Positions 37,603 to 48,237 of a DNA stretch of 64,000 nucleotides are shown in pieces. The stretch's first letter is position 1, and each line of letters begins with the position of its first letter. The position numbers were made by a program, and so were the translations under genes. The notes under the pieces were generated by a model. It searched no databases, was not told where the DNA came from, and was given only the letters and a program-made list of their open reading frames with translations. The stretch is from an uncultured SAR86 cluster bacterium (GTDB lineage: Bacteria; Pseudomonadota; Gammaproteobacteria; Magnimaribacterales; D2472): NCBI GenBank assembly GCA_902613705.1, contig CACMIG010000001.1, forward strand, positions 181,706 to 245,705, written 5' to 3'.

Positions 37603-39582
37603 ATGAATATTTTTTACTATGATATTGCTGTTGGATTGCCACTAAGACAATGTTTTATCTATAAATCAAAAGAAGTAATCACAAAAGGTAAAAGGGTAAT
37701 AGTTCCTTTTGGAAGCAAGTCAATTGTAGGAATAGTTGTAAAGAAAATAGCTAAACCCAAGTCATTAAAAGGCTTAAAAGAAATAATCTCAATAGCCGAT
37801 GAACATTCTTGTTTTAACGGATCAATATTTGAAGCAATTACATGGGCCTCAGATTACTATCATCATCCAATTGGCGAGGTATTCTTCTCTTTCATGCCAA
37901 CGCTCTTAAGAAAACGAAACGATAAAATTATTATCGACCTTGATGATAATACTGAATATAAGTTAAATAAAGAAGACAAGAAATTAAAATTAACAAAAGA
38001 ACAAAACATTAATATATCTAAACTTAATAAAGTTGAAAAATTTAGCCCTTCATTAATATACGGGGTTACAGGGTCTGGTAAAACAGAAATATATCTTCAA
38101 CTAGCTGAAAAATTTATTCTTCAAAATAAATCTATTTTGATTCTAGTGCCAGAAATTAATCTGATACCACAATTAGAAAAAAGATTTAAGGATCGTTTTA
38201 ATGGCGATATTGGCGTATATCATTCTAGACAAACTCCAAACCAAAGGTTAAAGGTTTGGCTGCGATCTAAGTTTGGCGGAATAAGAATTGTTATTGGAAC
38301 AAGATCATCAGTTTTGATGCCGTTAAAAAATTTAGGAGCCATTATTATTGATGAGGAGCATGATCAGTCATATAAGCAAGCTGAAGGTTTTAAGTTTTCA
38401 GGAAGAGATTTGGCTATAAAAAGGGCTCAGATAGAAAATATACCGGTTTTTTTAGGTTCTGCTACACCATCCCTGCAAACCCTTAAGCTTGTAAAAGAGA
38501 AAAAGTTCAAAAAGTTTGATTTATTAAGGAGAGTAGATGGTAAAAAGCCACCAAAATTAATTCCTTTGGATATTAGTGACTCTCCTTTACTTGGAGGAAT
38601 TGCTATTCAAACTATGAGCATCATTGAAGCAGCAATCAATAAAGGAGAGCAAGTATTAATTTTTCTAAATAGAAGAGGTTTTGCTCCATTATATGAATGT
38701 GATAATTGTGGCTGGGTTGCAAAATGCTCATCATGCGAATCAAATTTAGTCTTTCACAAGTCAAAAAACAGACTAATTTGTCATAAATGTGAATCCGTTT
38801 ATGGGGTAAATAAAACATGTCCAGATTGCCATTCAAATGAAATAAACACTCTTGGAACTGGCACTGAAAGAGTTGAAGAGGTTCTTAGAAGTACATTTAA
38901 AAAAGTACCTATCATTAGAATGGATTATGATTCGACAAGACTTAAGGGATCAATTGAAGCAATTTATGAAAAGGTTAACACAAGCAAAGAAGCAATATTG
39001 GTGGGAACACAAATGCTATCTAAAGGGCATGACTTTCCTAAAGTAACGCTATGCGTAATTCTTAATGCTGATGGAGGTTTATTAAGTCCAGAAATAAATG
39101 CAATTGAAAAAATCTCACAACAATTAATTCAGGTTTCTGGTAGAGCAGGTAGAAATAATAATCTTGCAAAAGTAATTATTCAAACTAGATATCCTAATGA
39201 TGAAAATCTTAAACAAATTAAAACTGGAGACTATAGGTTGGTTTCTGAGCAATGCCTGAAAACAAACAAGACTTTGAATATGCCTCCATACTCAACAGTT
39301 GCAATATTAAGAGCGATCTCGCCCAGTCCAGAAAGCTGCTACAAATTTTTAGATAAGGCGAACAATCTCTTAAATGATAAAAAAAATATTTATGTTATTG
39401 GACCACTTCCATCGATACCCTTAAAGGTTAAAGGGAATATAAGAAATCATCTGATTATTAAGTCCGATACGAGAACTTATCTAAACAGAGTGCTTAATTA
39501 TCTTACTTATGAAATTCAAACTTGGCCTGAAACAAAGAAAGTTAAATGGTCTTATGATATCGATCCATATGACATGTCTTAG
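37603..39582 (+). CDS. priA: primosomal replication-restart helicase PriA
   Basis: Walker A GVTGSGKTE, DEEH box, and the Cys-rich Zn-binding insert CDNCGW..CSSC..CHKC..CPDC. The gene is divergent from rpmE as in E. coli. Confidence 0.92.
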   Translation: MNIFYYDIAVGLPLRQCFIYKSKEVITKGKRVIVPFGSKSIVGIVVKKIAKPKSLKGLKEIISIADEHSCFNGSIFEAITWASDYYHHPIGEVFFSFMPTLLRKRNDKIIIDLDDNTEYKLNKEDKKLKLTKEQNINISKLNKVEKFSPSLIYGVTGSGKTEIYLQLAEKFILQNKSILILVPEINLIPQLEKRFKDRFNGDIGVYHSRQTPNQRLKVWLRSKFGGIRIVIGTRSSVLMPLKNLGAIIIDEEHDQSYKQAEGFKFSGRDLAIKRAQIENIPVFLGSATPSLQTLKLVKEKKFKKFDLLRRVDGKKPPKLIPLDISDSPLLGGIAIQTMSIIEAAINKGEQVLIFLNRRGFAPLYECDNCGWVAKCSSCESNLVFHKSKNRLICHKCESVYGVNKTCPDCHSNEINTLGTGTERVEEVLRSTFKKVPIIRMDYDSTRLKGSIEAIYEKVNTSKEAILVGTQMLSKGHDFPKVTLCVILNADGGLLSPEINAIEKISQQLIQVSGRAGRNNNLAKVIIQTRYPNDENLKQIKTGDYRLVSEQCLKTNKTLNMPPYSTVAILRAISPSPESCYKFLDKANNLLNDKKNIYVIGPLPSIPLKVKGNIRNHLIIKSDTRTYLNRVLNYLTYEIQTWPETKKVKWSYDIDPYDMS

Positions 39583-39586
39583 TTGT

Positions 39587-40840
39587 CTATATTCCTATTC
39601 TAATAATTTGGCCAGGAAATATAGATTTATTTTCTAGATTATTAGTTTTGTTAATAGAATCTACCGTCACGCCAAATCTGATTGCAATCTCGGATAACAC
39701 ATCACCTTTTTGAATTTCGTAATTAAGATAATTTTGATAATTTTCTAGAAGGGTACCTGAAACTGGTGCTTCTTTGAAATAATTATGAATGCCAAGAAAA
39801 ATTGACCTAGCAATCATTCTTCTTCCTGCCTTAGTTTTAAGTCTTTTTGCGTCTTCTGGATTGGTTATAAATCCAGACTCAACCAAGACAGATGGTATAT
39901 CAACTGATTTAAGTACTCTAAAGTCAGCATATTCAACATTTTGTTTATGAATCTTAGTGAATGGATCTCTTTTTAGCTGATCTAAGATCTTTGTACCTAA
40001 TTCTTTGCTTTGATCGACCTTTTTCTTATAAGTATTTGGATAAAGATCTCTTGCAGCATCTTCATTGAAATCGTAAGACTTTATATTTTTTATTTGAGCT
40101 TGAATCCTCTTACGCTCTTTTTCTGAAAGATTTCTAGCAACACTGCTTGAAGATTCTTCTGACCATATGAAAACTGAAGCACCTTTAACAGATGCCAGTC
40201 TGAAACCGTCTGCATGGATTGAAATAAATGCATCAGCTCCAAACTTTCTCGCATTTTGATATCGATCATTAAGACTTACAGTACTGTCATCATTTCTAAT
40301 TAATACTGCTTCATACCCCTCTGTATCTCTAAGAGTTCTCTCTAACTCTTTAGCTATCAACAAAGTAATATCTTTTTCCAAAACATTGTTACTACTTACT
40401 GCTCCAGGATCTTTTCCACCATGTCCAGCATCAATTGCAACTACAATATCTCTTATGTTATTTTTTAGCTTCTTATTTTTTTTGACGTTAATCTTTAATA
40501 AAATTCCTTCATCTGTTTTTTCTTGAGTTGGCTTACTCCAATTAACATATTCATATAAATCAATAACTATTCTTGTTAAGTCATCTTTTGACGAAGCCCT
40601 TACTAGCTTAATAGGGTAGTTATATTTTTCCTCAACATCTGACTTTAAATCACTTTGATATACGTCTATTACAATTCTTGAGGGATCTACGAGAGAATAA
40701 GATTTTATAAAAGAGACCTTGTCTAAAAGAAAGGATATTTCAGAAGATTGATCATCAGAATCTTTTATTTCATAAAACGAGATTTCATTTGAGTGCACAA
40801 GTGAAGAAAGAAGTAATAAAAAAGATAAAATTTTATTCAT
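39587..40840 (-). CDS. amiB: N-acetylmuramoyl-L-alanine amidase with C-terminal LysM domain
   Basis: Signal peptide, an AMIN-like N-terminal domain, the Amidase_3 motif IDAGHGGKDPGA, and the LysM YEIQKGDVLSEIAIRFGV. Synteny is nnrD-tsaE-amiB. Confidence 0.85.
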   Translation of the reverse strand: MNKILSFLLLLSSLVHSNEISFYEIKDSDDQSSEISFLLDKVSFIKSYSLVDPSRIVIDVYQSDLKSDVEEKYNYPIKLVRASSKDDLTRIVIDLYEYVNWSKPTQEKTDEGILLKINVKKNKKLKNNIRDIVVAIDAGHGGKDPGAVSSNNVLEKDITLLIAKELERTLRDTEGYEAVLIRNDDSTVSLNDRYQNARKFGADAFISIHADGFRLASVKGASVFIWSEESSSSVARNLSEKERKRIQAQIKNIKSYDFNEDAARDLYPNTYKKKVDQSKELGTKILDQLKRDPFTKIHKQNVEYADFRVLKSVDIPSVLVESGFITNPEDAKRLKTKAGRRMIARSIFLGIHNYFKEAPVSGTLLENYQNYLNYEIQKGDVLSEIAIRFGVTVDSINKTNNLENKSIFPGQIIRIGI

Positions 40841-41294
40841 AATGTTTAATCAAACTTGAAAATAATTCATCATTATCATTAATAAATACTTTTCTACCAT
40901 CCTCGAAGTGCTCAAAAGATATTTTTAAGTCAAAATTTCTTTTTATAGCAAGCTTCTGTGGCCATTCAATAATTATAATTTTTTTTAAGTGAGTTTTTCT
41001 ATCTAAATCGAAAATATGAATATCTTCTGGTTCATCGGTTCTATACAAGTCAATATGTAAGAAAATCACATCTCCAAGGTCATATTCTTCACATAAAGTA
41101 TAAGTTGGGCTCTTTACCAAGCCGCTCCATCCTGAATTAGATATTATCGATCTGGTTAAAAATGTCTTTCCAGCACCAAGATCACCTTCAAGATGGATCT
41201 CAATTGTAGATTTATTAATTTCTTTCAGTTTCTCTGATATTAGTGCACCAAGCTTATTGGTTGACTCGTCATTTTCTAGGTAAATTTTATTCAT
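40833..41294 (-). CDS. tsaE: tRNA t6A37 biosynthesis ATPase TsaE
   Basis: LEGDLGAGKTFLTRSI P-loop, SPTYTL, and the correct size. Confidence 0.88.
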   Translation of the reverse strand: MNKIYLENDESTNKLGALISEKLKEINKSTIEIHLEGDLGAGKTFLTRSIISNSGWSGLVKSPTYTLCEEYDLGDVIFLHIDLYRTDEPEDIHIFDLDRKTHLKKIIIIEWPQKLAIKRNFDLKISFEHFEDGRKVFINDNDELFSSLIKHYE

Positions 41295-42115
41295 TTATTA
41301 AGTAAATCTCTTATGGTTGGTATCAATGATGATGCATTTAAGCCAATTTCACCTGTTTTATTTCTAAATTCTTCTCCTGCTCTAGCATGAACAGCAACAG
41401 AAATTTTGCAAGCATCAGTAATATCAACTTTTTGGGCTATAAGGGCTGACAGAACTCCAGCAAGAACGTCACCTGTGCCTCCGGAAGATAACTCTGGACC
41501 ACCTTCAGTACATATAAATAATTCCTCGTCACCGTAAGAACAAATAATCGTCTCTTTACCTTTAAGAATTACAGAAGCTGAAAATTTATTTGATATTGAT
41601 TTCGCGGCATTAATTCTGTCCTCTTGAACTTCATTATTTGAAATACCTAAAAGCTGTGCAGCTTCTCCTGGATGAGGAGTAAGAACTTTATTTTTGCTTG
41701 TCTCTAAATTGTTCTCAACAATAAAATGAAGTGCACCTGCATCCAATATTACTACCCCAAAATTATTTGCTGAAATAACTTCATTAAAGATATTTTTAGA
41801 CCATTCGTCATTTTTTAATCCTGGACCGCATAGCAAAACATCAATGTTCTCAGGTATAGAAAAACTTTTATCAATACCATATGCCATTACTTCTGGATTT
41901 CTTTTTAGGCTTGCTTCTACATTTATTGGATGTGTACTGAGATGAACTAGTCCAGCACCAGAAAATAAACTTGCTTCAGATGATAATATTGCGGCACCTC
42001 CCATCCCCTTGGAACCCCCAACAACCATGACTTTTCCAAAATCACCTTTATGAGAGTTACTAGATCTTTTTAGAATACTTTTCTCAAGTGAATCGAAGTT
42101 GAATTCTTTTATCAT
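41291..42115 (-). CDS. nnrD: ADP-dependent NAD(P)H-hydrate dehydratase (YjeF C-terminal domain only)
   Basis: HKGDFGKVMVVGGS and GGTGDVLAG. There is no N-terminal epimerase domain. Confidence 0.85.
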   Translation of the reverse strand: MIKEFNFDSLEKSILKRSSNSHKGDFGKVMVVGGSKGMGGAAILSSEASLFSGAGLVHLSTHPINVEASLKRNPEVMAYGIDKSFSIPENIDVLLCGPGLKNDEWSKNIFNEVISANNFGVVILDAGALHFIVENNLETSKNKVLTPHPGEAAQLLGISNNEVQEDRINAAKSISNKFSASVILKGKETIICSYGDEELFICTEGGPELSSGGTGDVLAGVLSALIAQKVDITDACKISVAVHARAGEEFRNKTGEIGLNASSLIPTIRDLLNK

Positions 42116-43486
42116 TTAGTTAATTTTTATTATCCCTAATCTATCAGAATGGAATGACCCTAAAAAAACTTCATCTTCTATTGGAACAGCAACGGTGGGA
42201 AGACCAAAAACAGTTTTGGAAAATGAATATTCATTTTTTATTTCTAAATTATTTTTATCTAATTTATAAATAGAAAATGGTAGGGAGCAACTTTTTTTAA
42301 ACTCACAATCTCCAAAATCATTAGGTTGAAAATCTAATGAGGTAATCCAAATGTCATTACCATCTATATAAGGATTATCTGGCGCTTCAATAAACTTTTT
42401 ATCTAATTTTTTATTAAGTGAAAGATCAAATTTTGTTATCGAATCACCTTGGTTATAGTTTATATAAATAATATTAGAGTTCTCATCCAAAGCAATACCA
42501 TTAGGACCGCTTCCATCGGAGCCATCAATTTTTTTGAATCTATTTTCTATCCACTCAACAAGAAACCCTGTATCAGATTTTATTATTGAAACGAAAAGCC
42601 ATTCGTTAAGAGTTATTTTCCTATCGTACATATGAGAAGCATAGAAGCCACCATTTTTTCTTAAACTAATGTCATTAAAATAAAACTCATATGGCACATC
42701 TATACATCCTCTCCAAATCATATCCCATGAATTTTCCTTTTTTATCATCTCAAACATTTCTACACTTTCGTCTGGATAATGATTAATGACCCCAAGTTGA
42801 TAACGTCCATCATTTCTTTTTATTAAGTCAATTCCATGAGGACCATACTTTTTATTAATTGTTCTCGTACATTTAGGATCACCCCAAATATTTTCTTCAA
42901 TTGTAATATTTGGAATGACTTTAGTTTTTGTTTCTAAATCTAATAAAGCAAAGTTGCCTGATTTTTGTTCCTCATATGGACCAATTCCTCCAAATTCTGA
43001 CATTAACAGAAATTTTTTGTCAGGCGTTATCACTATGTCCTCAGGATTCTTAAAGCCACAAATAAGCTTAACTTTATTATCTGAACTACAATTACTTATA
43101 TCTTTTTGTGGCCCAACATAGTCAGAGGAAACGACAAAGAACGCTAATGAAAAAAACATTACTGAAATAATGCTCATAAATTTAAAATAATGAAGGAAGA
43201 CAAAAGGGATAGCTTTTTTTATTTGATTAAAAAAGAACATCGCTGCTATACCTCTTATGATCAATATTATTCCTAAAGAAAAAGTAACAATCCTCCATAC
43301 TCTTTCAAACCAATATTCATCTGCCAAAGCTACATAAACACATATCAAACCTATTAATAATGTTATGCCTGCAATAACATTGATGTTATTGCTTGAAAGA
43401 ATCCTATTTTTTAAAAATTCAGCAAATGGTCTAATCCAAACCAAAATACCTAAAAAAACAAAGAAGAAGAAATAGAAGTAGTTCAT
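42116..43486 (-). CDS. membrane-anchored paraoxonase/arylesterase-like beta-propeller protein (456 aa)
   Basis: The N-terminal ~120 aa contain about four hydrophobic TM segments. The remainder shows PON-like blocks. [21 protein letters not shown] resembles PON1 [30 protein letters not shown] resembles [35 protein letters not shown] resembles [35 protein letters not shown] resembles ANGINISPDG. The C-terminal [13 protein letters not shown] resembles LIGTVFHKALYCEL. Confidence 0.55.
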   Translation of the reverse strand: [456 protein letters not shown]

Positions 43487-43488
43487 AT

Positions 43489-44379
43489 TTAAAATAAACG
43501 ATTTTTAATTATATCAACTATTTCCAAGGGTTTATCGAGAGGGACATGATGGGCTGCACCAGGAATTTCTTCAAATTCCATGATATCTGAATACATATTT
43601 TTTATGTTTCCAAGGATATTACCTAACATGAGTAAACTATTTGCACCATGAATAAATAGAGCAGGGCATCCAAATGAAAATTGATAACCAAACAATCTTT
43701 CCAAGCTATTAAACATAGAATCATCAAACTTCCATCGCCATCCTTCATCAGTTTTTCGTACAGAATGTTCTGCTATGTATCTAACAAACCAATCATTTAG
43801 ACATTCCTGTTCAGGTAAAAGCCTAAACCTTTTTAAAATAGTAGCTTTATCTGGATAATATTTGATCATTCTAAGAGGACCACCCTCATGTTGCGAAGGA
43901 TCCCAGTCGGGTGGCCTTATAAAGGTATCGATCATTATTAAGCTAGAAACAAGTTCTTTTTTTTCAGAGGCGACATATGCTGCAACTTGACCACCTAGAG
44001 AATGTCCAACAATGAAGACATTATCAATGAGCTTAGCTGATTTTTCTTTTTCAATAATTGAAATAATACATTGACCAAAATCTTTGATACTGTATTTATC
44101 TCTAAAACCCGAATCACCCATACCTGGAAGATCAACTGCGATCACATTAGTATTTTCTGTAAAATGTGGAGCTATTGGATACCACCATTTTTTATGTGCT
44201 CCAGTTCCATGGATAAATATAAGCAAGTTTTTACTTTCTGAATCACAATCCCATTTTGAATAAGAGAGATTTCCTTTTGGATTTTCAATTTCACATTCTG
44301 TTGGCTCTACTTTAATGGCTTCAAAAAACCATTCAGGAGCATTTGCTATGTCTTTAATTAGATTGTCACTGATTCTCAT
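43489..44379 (-). CDS. alpha/beta-fold hydrolase
   Basis: HGTGAHKKWW, the nucleophile elbow GHSLGG, and a C-terminal GAAHHVPLD (catalytic His). I prefer ATG 44379 over the upstream TTG 44403. Confidence 0.7.
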   Translation of the reverse strand: MRISDNLIKDIANAPEWFFEAIKVEPTECEIENPKGNLSYSKWDCDSESKNLLIFIHGTGAHKKWWYPIAPHFTENTNVIAVDLPGMGDSGFRDKYSIKDFGQCIISIIEKEKSAKLIDNVFIVGHSLGGQVAAYVASEKKELVSSLIMIDTFIRPPDWDPSQHEGGPLRMIKYYPDKATILKRFRLLPEQECLNDWFVRYIAEHSVRKTDEGWRWKFDDSMFNSLERLFGYQFSFGCPALFIHGANSLLMLGNILGNIKNMYSDIMEFEEIPGAAHHVPLDKPLEIVDIIKNRLF

Positions 44380-44411
44380 AAGCAGTATTCTAAGCCATAT
44401 CAATTAAATAT

Positions 44412-45203
44412 ATGAATAAAAATTTAACTCCTGCTGCAACTGTTCTTGTTTTAAGGGATTCGAAAGAGGGAATTGAGGTCTTAATGGTAAAAAGATCTAA
44501 AAAGTCACCTTTTGGAAACTTATATGTTTTTCCTGGTGGAAAGATTGATGAAGATGACCTTCAAAAAGAATGGAAATCATACTGTGATGGATATAACGAT
44601 TCTATAGCTTCTGAAATTCTTGGTCTTAACGAGAGCGGTTTGAGTTACTGGATTGCTTGTATAAGAGAGAGCTTTGAAGAGGTCGGAATATTATTAGCAA
44701 AAAGAAAGTCTGGAGAAAAATTAGACTTAGAAGGTAAGGATAAAAATAAGTTTGACAAATATCGAATCGATCTAATCAATCATGAGATATCATTTTTAGA
44801 AATTTGTAAGAGAGAAGAGCTAATTTTAACTGTTAAAAATATTGCACCATTATCTCATTGGATTACGCCCGATTTTGAAATAAAACGTTTTGACACAAGA
44901 TTTTTTATTGCATATTTGCCTGAAAATCAAGTTGTACAGCACGATGGTATGGAATTAACTCATAGCTTATGGATAAATCCAAATATCGCACTAAAAAAAG
45001 CAATGGAAGGTAACATGCAGATGATTTTGCCCACTATAGAAAATCTAAAATTATGTTCAAATTTTACTTCTGCAAGAGAAATGCTTGAAAATCAAAAAAA
45101 TTTAACGAAAAATGATATCAAGCCTATACTACCCAAGTTTTACAAAGAAAATGGAACATGGAATGTTTTGTATCCAGGCGATGAGGGTTATGAGGATCAT
45201 TAA
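44412..45203 (+). CDS. NUDIX-family hydrolase (263 aa)
   Basis: PGGKIDEDD ... IRESFEEVGI is a Nudix-box core REx2EExGI with an insertion. Substrate is unknown. Confidence 0.6.
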   Translation: MNKNLTPAATVLVLRDSKEGIEVLMVKRSKKSPFGNLYVFPGGKIDEDDLQKEWKSYCDGYNDSIASEILGLNESGLSYWIACIRESFEEVGILLAKRKSGEKLDLEGKDKNKFDKYRIDLINHEISFLEICKREELILTVKNIAPLSHWITPDFEIKRFDTRFFIAYLPENQVVQHDGMELTHSLWINPNIALKKAMEGNMQMILPTIENLKLCSNFTSAREMLENQKNLTKNDIKPILPKFYKENGTWNVLYPGDEGYEDH

Positions 45204-46006
45204 TGCATAAGCTAATAAAGAAAATTACTGCAAACAATGGTGGAGTATTTACTGGTAATGGAACAAATACATATTTAATTGGAAGTGATGATATTACCTT
45301 AATTGATCCTGGCCCAAATGATGCTGAACATATAGAGAAGATTTTGTCACTAGGCGAAGATAAGATTAAAAGAATTTTGGTTACACATACTCATAAGGAT
45401 CACTCACCAGCAGCATTACCAATTTCAAAAAAATTAAATATTCCTATGTTTGGGCGATTAGTTGATAGAGATTCTGAATGGGAAGACGAAACATTTGTTC
45501 CCGACACAGTCTTAAATCATGGTGATACTATTTCAACAAACGAATATTCCCTTGAGACTATTCATACTCCTGGTCATGCATCCAATCATTTATGTTTTTA
45601 TATGAAGGATATTAAATGTCTATTAACAGGCGACCATATTATGGATGGATCAACTGTAGTAATAGCTCCTCCAGATGGAAACATGACTGAATATATCGAC
45701 TCTTTAAAATTGCTCGAAAATTATGATATTGATTACTTTGCTCCAGGGCATGGCAATTTTATGGAAGAACCTTCAAAAACAATTCAGTCAATTATTCGAC
45801 ATAGGCTTTCAAGAGAGTCTAAGGTTATTAGATGCATTGAAGATAAAAATAATTCAAATATCGATGAACTTTTGCTATCAGTATATGATGATGTGCCTGA
45901 AATGCTTCATCCTATTGCTAAGATGAGCTTGTTAGCACATTTAATTAAACTTGAAGAAGAGGGAAGATTAAATAAGAATCAGGGCAATTATTCTTTATCA
46001 TCTTGA
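45203..46006 (+). CDS. metallo-beta-lactamase-fold hydrolase (LACTB2/glyoxalase-II-like with C-terminal helical domain)
   Basis: THTHKDH metal motif, HTPGH and DHIMDGS. A TAATG start/stop overlap joins it to the NUDIX gene. Confidence 0.75.
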   Translation: MHKLIKKITANNGGVFTGNGTNTYLIGSDDITLIDPGPNDAEHIEKILSLGEDKIKRILVTHTHKDHSPAALPISKKLNIPMFGRLVDRDSEWEDETFVPDTVLNHGDTISTNEYSLETIHTPGHASNHLCFYMKDIKCLLTGDHIMDGSTVVIAPPDGNMTEYIDSLKLLENYDIDYFAPGHGNFMEEPSKTIQSIIRHRLSRESKVIRCIEDKNNSNIDELLLSVYDDVPEMLHPIAKMSLLAHLIKLEEEGRLNKNQGNYSLSS

Positions 46007-46314
46007 TCTTTTAGATCAATCTCAAGAATGAATTCTTTCTTTTCTTTCCTTTCACTATTAATTTTTTTTGATTCTACTTTAGCCATTTCACTGTCTATAC
46101 AATCATTAGAATCGTAAACTTCTTTTTGCGGTATTTTATGATCTTTGTTTATTGGTATAGGCGGCTGAGGAACGGGTATTTGCATGCATGTTATCAATCC
46201 TCTTGAATTAACTTTGCTCAATAATGAAGGATCTGCATCAGGCAACAATGATTTGTCATAATTTTGATTAATATTGCAGCCAAATAGAATTAAAACTGGA
46301 ATCAATCTCTTCAT
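45988..46314 (-). CDS. hypothetical small lipoprotein (108 aa)
   Basis: [16 protein letters not shown] is a signal peptide with a lipobox LFGC. I recognise no family. Its 3-prime end overlaps the convergent MBL gene by 19 nt, and its start overlaps the acs stop region. Confidence 0.45.
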   Translation of the reverse strand: MKRLIPVLILFGCNINQNYDKSLLPDADPSLLSKVNSRGLITCMQIPVPQPPIPINKDHKIPQKEVYDSNDCIDSEMAKVESKKINSERKEKKEFILEIDLKDQDDKE

Positions 46315-48233
46315 AGTTTTTTGCTATTTTCAAGCAAAGATGCAACAACAGCAGGCTCTGCAAGAGTTGTTGTGTCTCCAAGATTATCGAAATCACCTTC
46401 AGCAATTTTTCTTAATATTCTTCTCATAATTTTTCCAGATCTTGTTTTAGGAAGACCAGGAGCGTTTTGAATAAGATCAGGTTTTGCAATAGGACCTATC
46501 TCTTTTGAAACAAATTTTGTTAGTTCCTGCTCAAGAGCATCATTAAAATCTTCACCTTTCATTAAGGTAACAAATGCATAAATACCTTGTCCTTTAATTG
46601 GATGTTGAAATCCTACCACCGCTGCCTCTGCAACAGAATCATGAAGTACTAAAGCACTTTCAATCTCTGCTGTTCCAAGTCTGTGTCCAGAAACATTTAG
46701 AACATCATCAACTCTACCTGTTATCCAAAAATACCCATCTTCATCTCGTCTTGCTCCGTCACCAGTAAAATAAATATCTTCATATGTTTTAAAGTAAGTT
46801 GATATCATTCTTTCATGATCACCATAGACGCTTCTAATTTGACTAGGCCAGGAGGATTCAATAACTAAATTACCTGAGGCTGCACCTTCTAATGCTTGAC
46901 CTTCTTCATCATAAATTGCTGGCTTTACCCCAAAAAATGGCAATGTTGCTGATCCAGGTTTTACCGGAGTAACACCTGATATTGGCGATATCAAAACTGA
47001 ACCTGTTTCTGTCTGCCACCAAGTATCAATAACATCACATGAGCCATTCCCTACAACTTTATAGTACCAATCCCAAGCTTCGGGATTAATTGGTTCTCCC
47101 ACTGTTCCAAGAACTCTAAGAGAGTCTCTTTTAGTTTTAAGAACAGGTTCATCACCTTGAGACATTAAGGCTCTTATGGCTGTTGGAGCTGTGTAAAAAA
47201 CATTTACATTATATTTATCACATATCTCCCAACATCTCGATGAGCTTGGATAAGTTGGGACACCTTCAAACATTATTGTTGTTGTTCCGTTTGATAAAGG
47301 ACCGTACAAGATATATGTGTGTCCAGTAATCCAACCAACATCGGCTGTACACCAATAAACATCAGATTCATTTATACCAAACAAATATTTGAAACTCATA
47401 TGTGCTCCAAGAAGATAACCTGCTGTTGTGTGAAGAACGCCTTTAGGTTTTCCTGTAGACCCAGACGTATAGAGAATAAATAGAGGGTCTTCTGAATTCA
47501 TCGGTTCAGGTTCGCATGTCAAATCAACATCTTTTGAAAGATCTTCATACCATAAGTCTCTATCGGCAACCCAATTTACTTGATCACCTGTTCTTTTGAT
47601 AACAATTGTATTCTTTACATTTGGACATTTTTCTAAAGCCTCATCGACATTCGCTTTTAAAGGAACTTTTTTTCCTCCTCGAACACCTTCGTCAGCTGTG
47701 ATTACTATCTCGCAGTCAGCATCTAAAATTCTATCTTTTAGAGATTCTGGTGAAAAACCACCAAAAACGACTGAATGAATAGCTCCGATCCTTGAGCAAG
47801 CTAACATTGCAAATGCAGCCTCAGGAATCATAGGCATATAAATACAAACCCTTGAACCTTTAGTAATTTCAAGATTCTTCAATACATTTGAAAACTTACA
47901 CACTTCTTCATGTAACTGTTTAAAAGAATATGATTTAGAGTCTCCAGGCTCATCTCCTTCCCAAATCAAAGCAGTTTTTTCAGATCTGTCCTCTAGATGC
48001 CTATCTAGACAATTTTCGCTAACGTTTATCTTTCCATTTTTAAACCATTCTGTATTTGCAAACTTGCTATTATGAACTTCATCAAAATCTTTTATCCATG
48101 AAAGATTTTTATTAGCCATTTTTTTAAAAAAATCTTTTGGATTATTTATTGATTCATCATATAACTTTCTATATTCATCAAGATCTTTGATATAAGGATT
48201 AGACGCAATTGCTTGAATTGAATTCGTTGACAT
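46311..48233 (-). CDS. acs: acetyl-CoA synthetase (AMP-forming)
   Basis: [15 protein letters not shown]-binding motif, WWQTETG, and the C-terminal [11 protein letters not shown]. Confidence 0.95.
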   Translation of the reverse strand: MSTNSIQAIASNPYIKDLDEYRKLYDESINNPKDFFKKMANKNLSWIKDFDEVHNSKFANTEWFKNGKINVSENCLDRHLEDRSEKTALIWEGDEPGDSKSYSFKQLHEEVCKFSNVLKNLEITKGSRVCIYMPMIPEAAFAMLACSRIGAIHSVVFGGFSPESLKDRILDADCEIVITADEGVRGGKKVPLKANVDEALEKCPNVKNTIVIKRTGDQVNWVADRDLWYEDLSKDVDLTCEPEPMNSEDPLFILYTSGSTGKPKGVLHTTAGYLLGAHMSFKYLFGINESDVYWCTADVGWITGHTYILYGPLSNGTTTIMFEGVPTYPSSSRCWEICDKYNVNVFYTAPTAIRALMSQGDEPVLKTKRDSLRVLGTVGEPINPEAWDWYYKVVGNGSCDVIDTWWQTETGSVLISPISGVTPVKPGSATLPFFGVKPAIYDEEGQALEGAASGNLVIESSWPSQIRSVYGDHERMISTYFKTYEDIYFTGDGARRDEDGYFWITGRVDDVLNVSGHRLGTAEIESALVLHDSVAEAAVVGFQHPIKGQGIYAFVTLMKGEDFNDALEQELTKFVSKEIGPIAKPDLIQNAPGLPKTRSGKIMRRILRKIAEGDFDNLGDTTTLAEPAVVASLLENSKKL

Positions 48234-48237
48234 TAAA

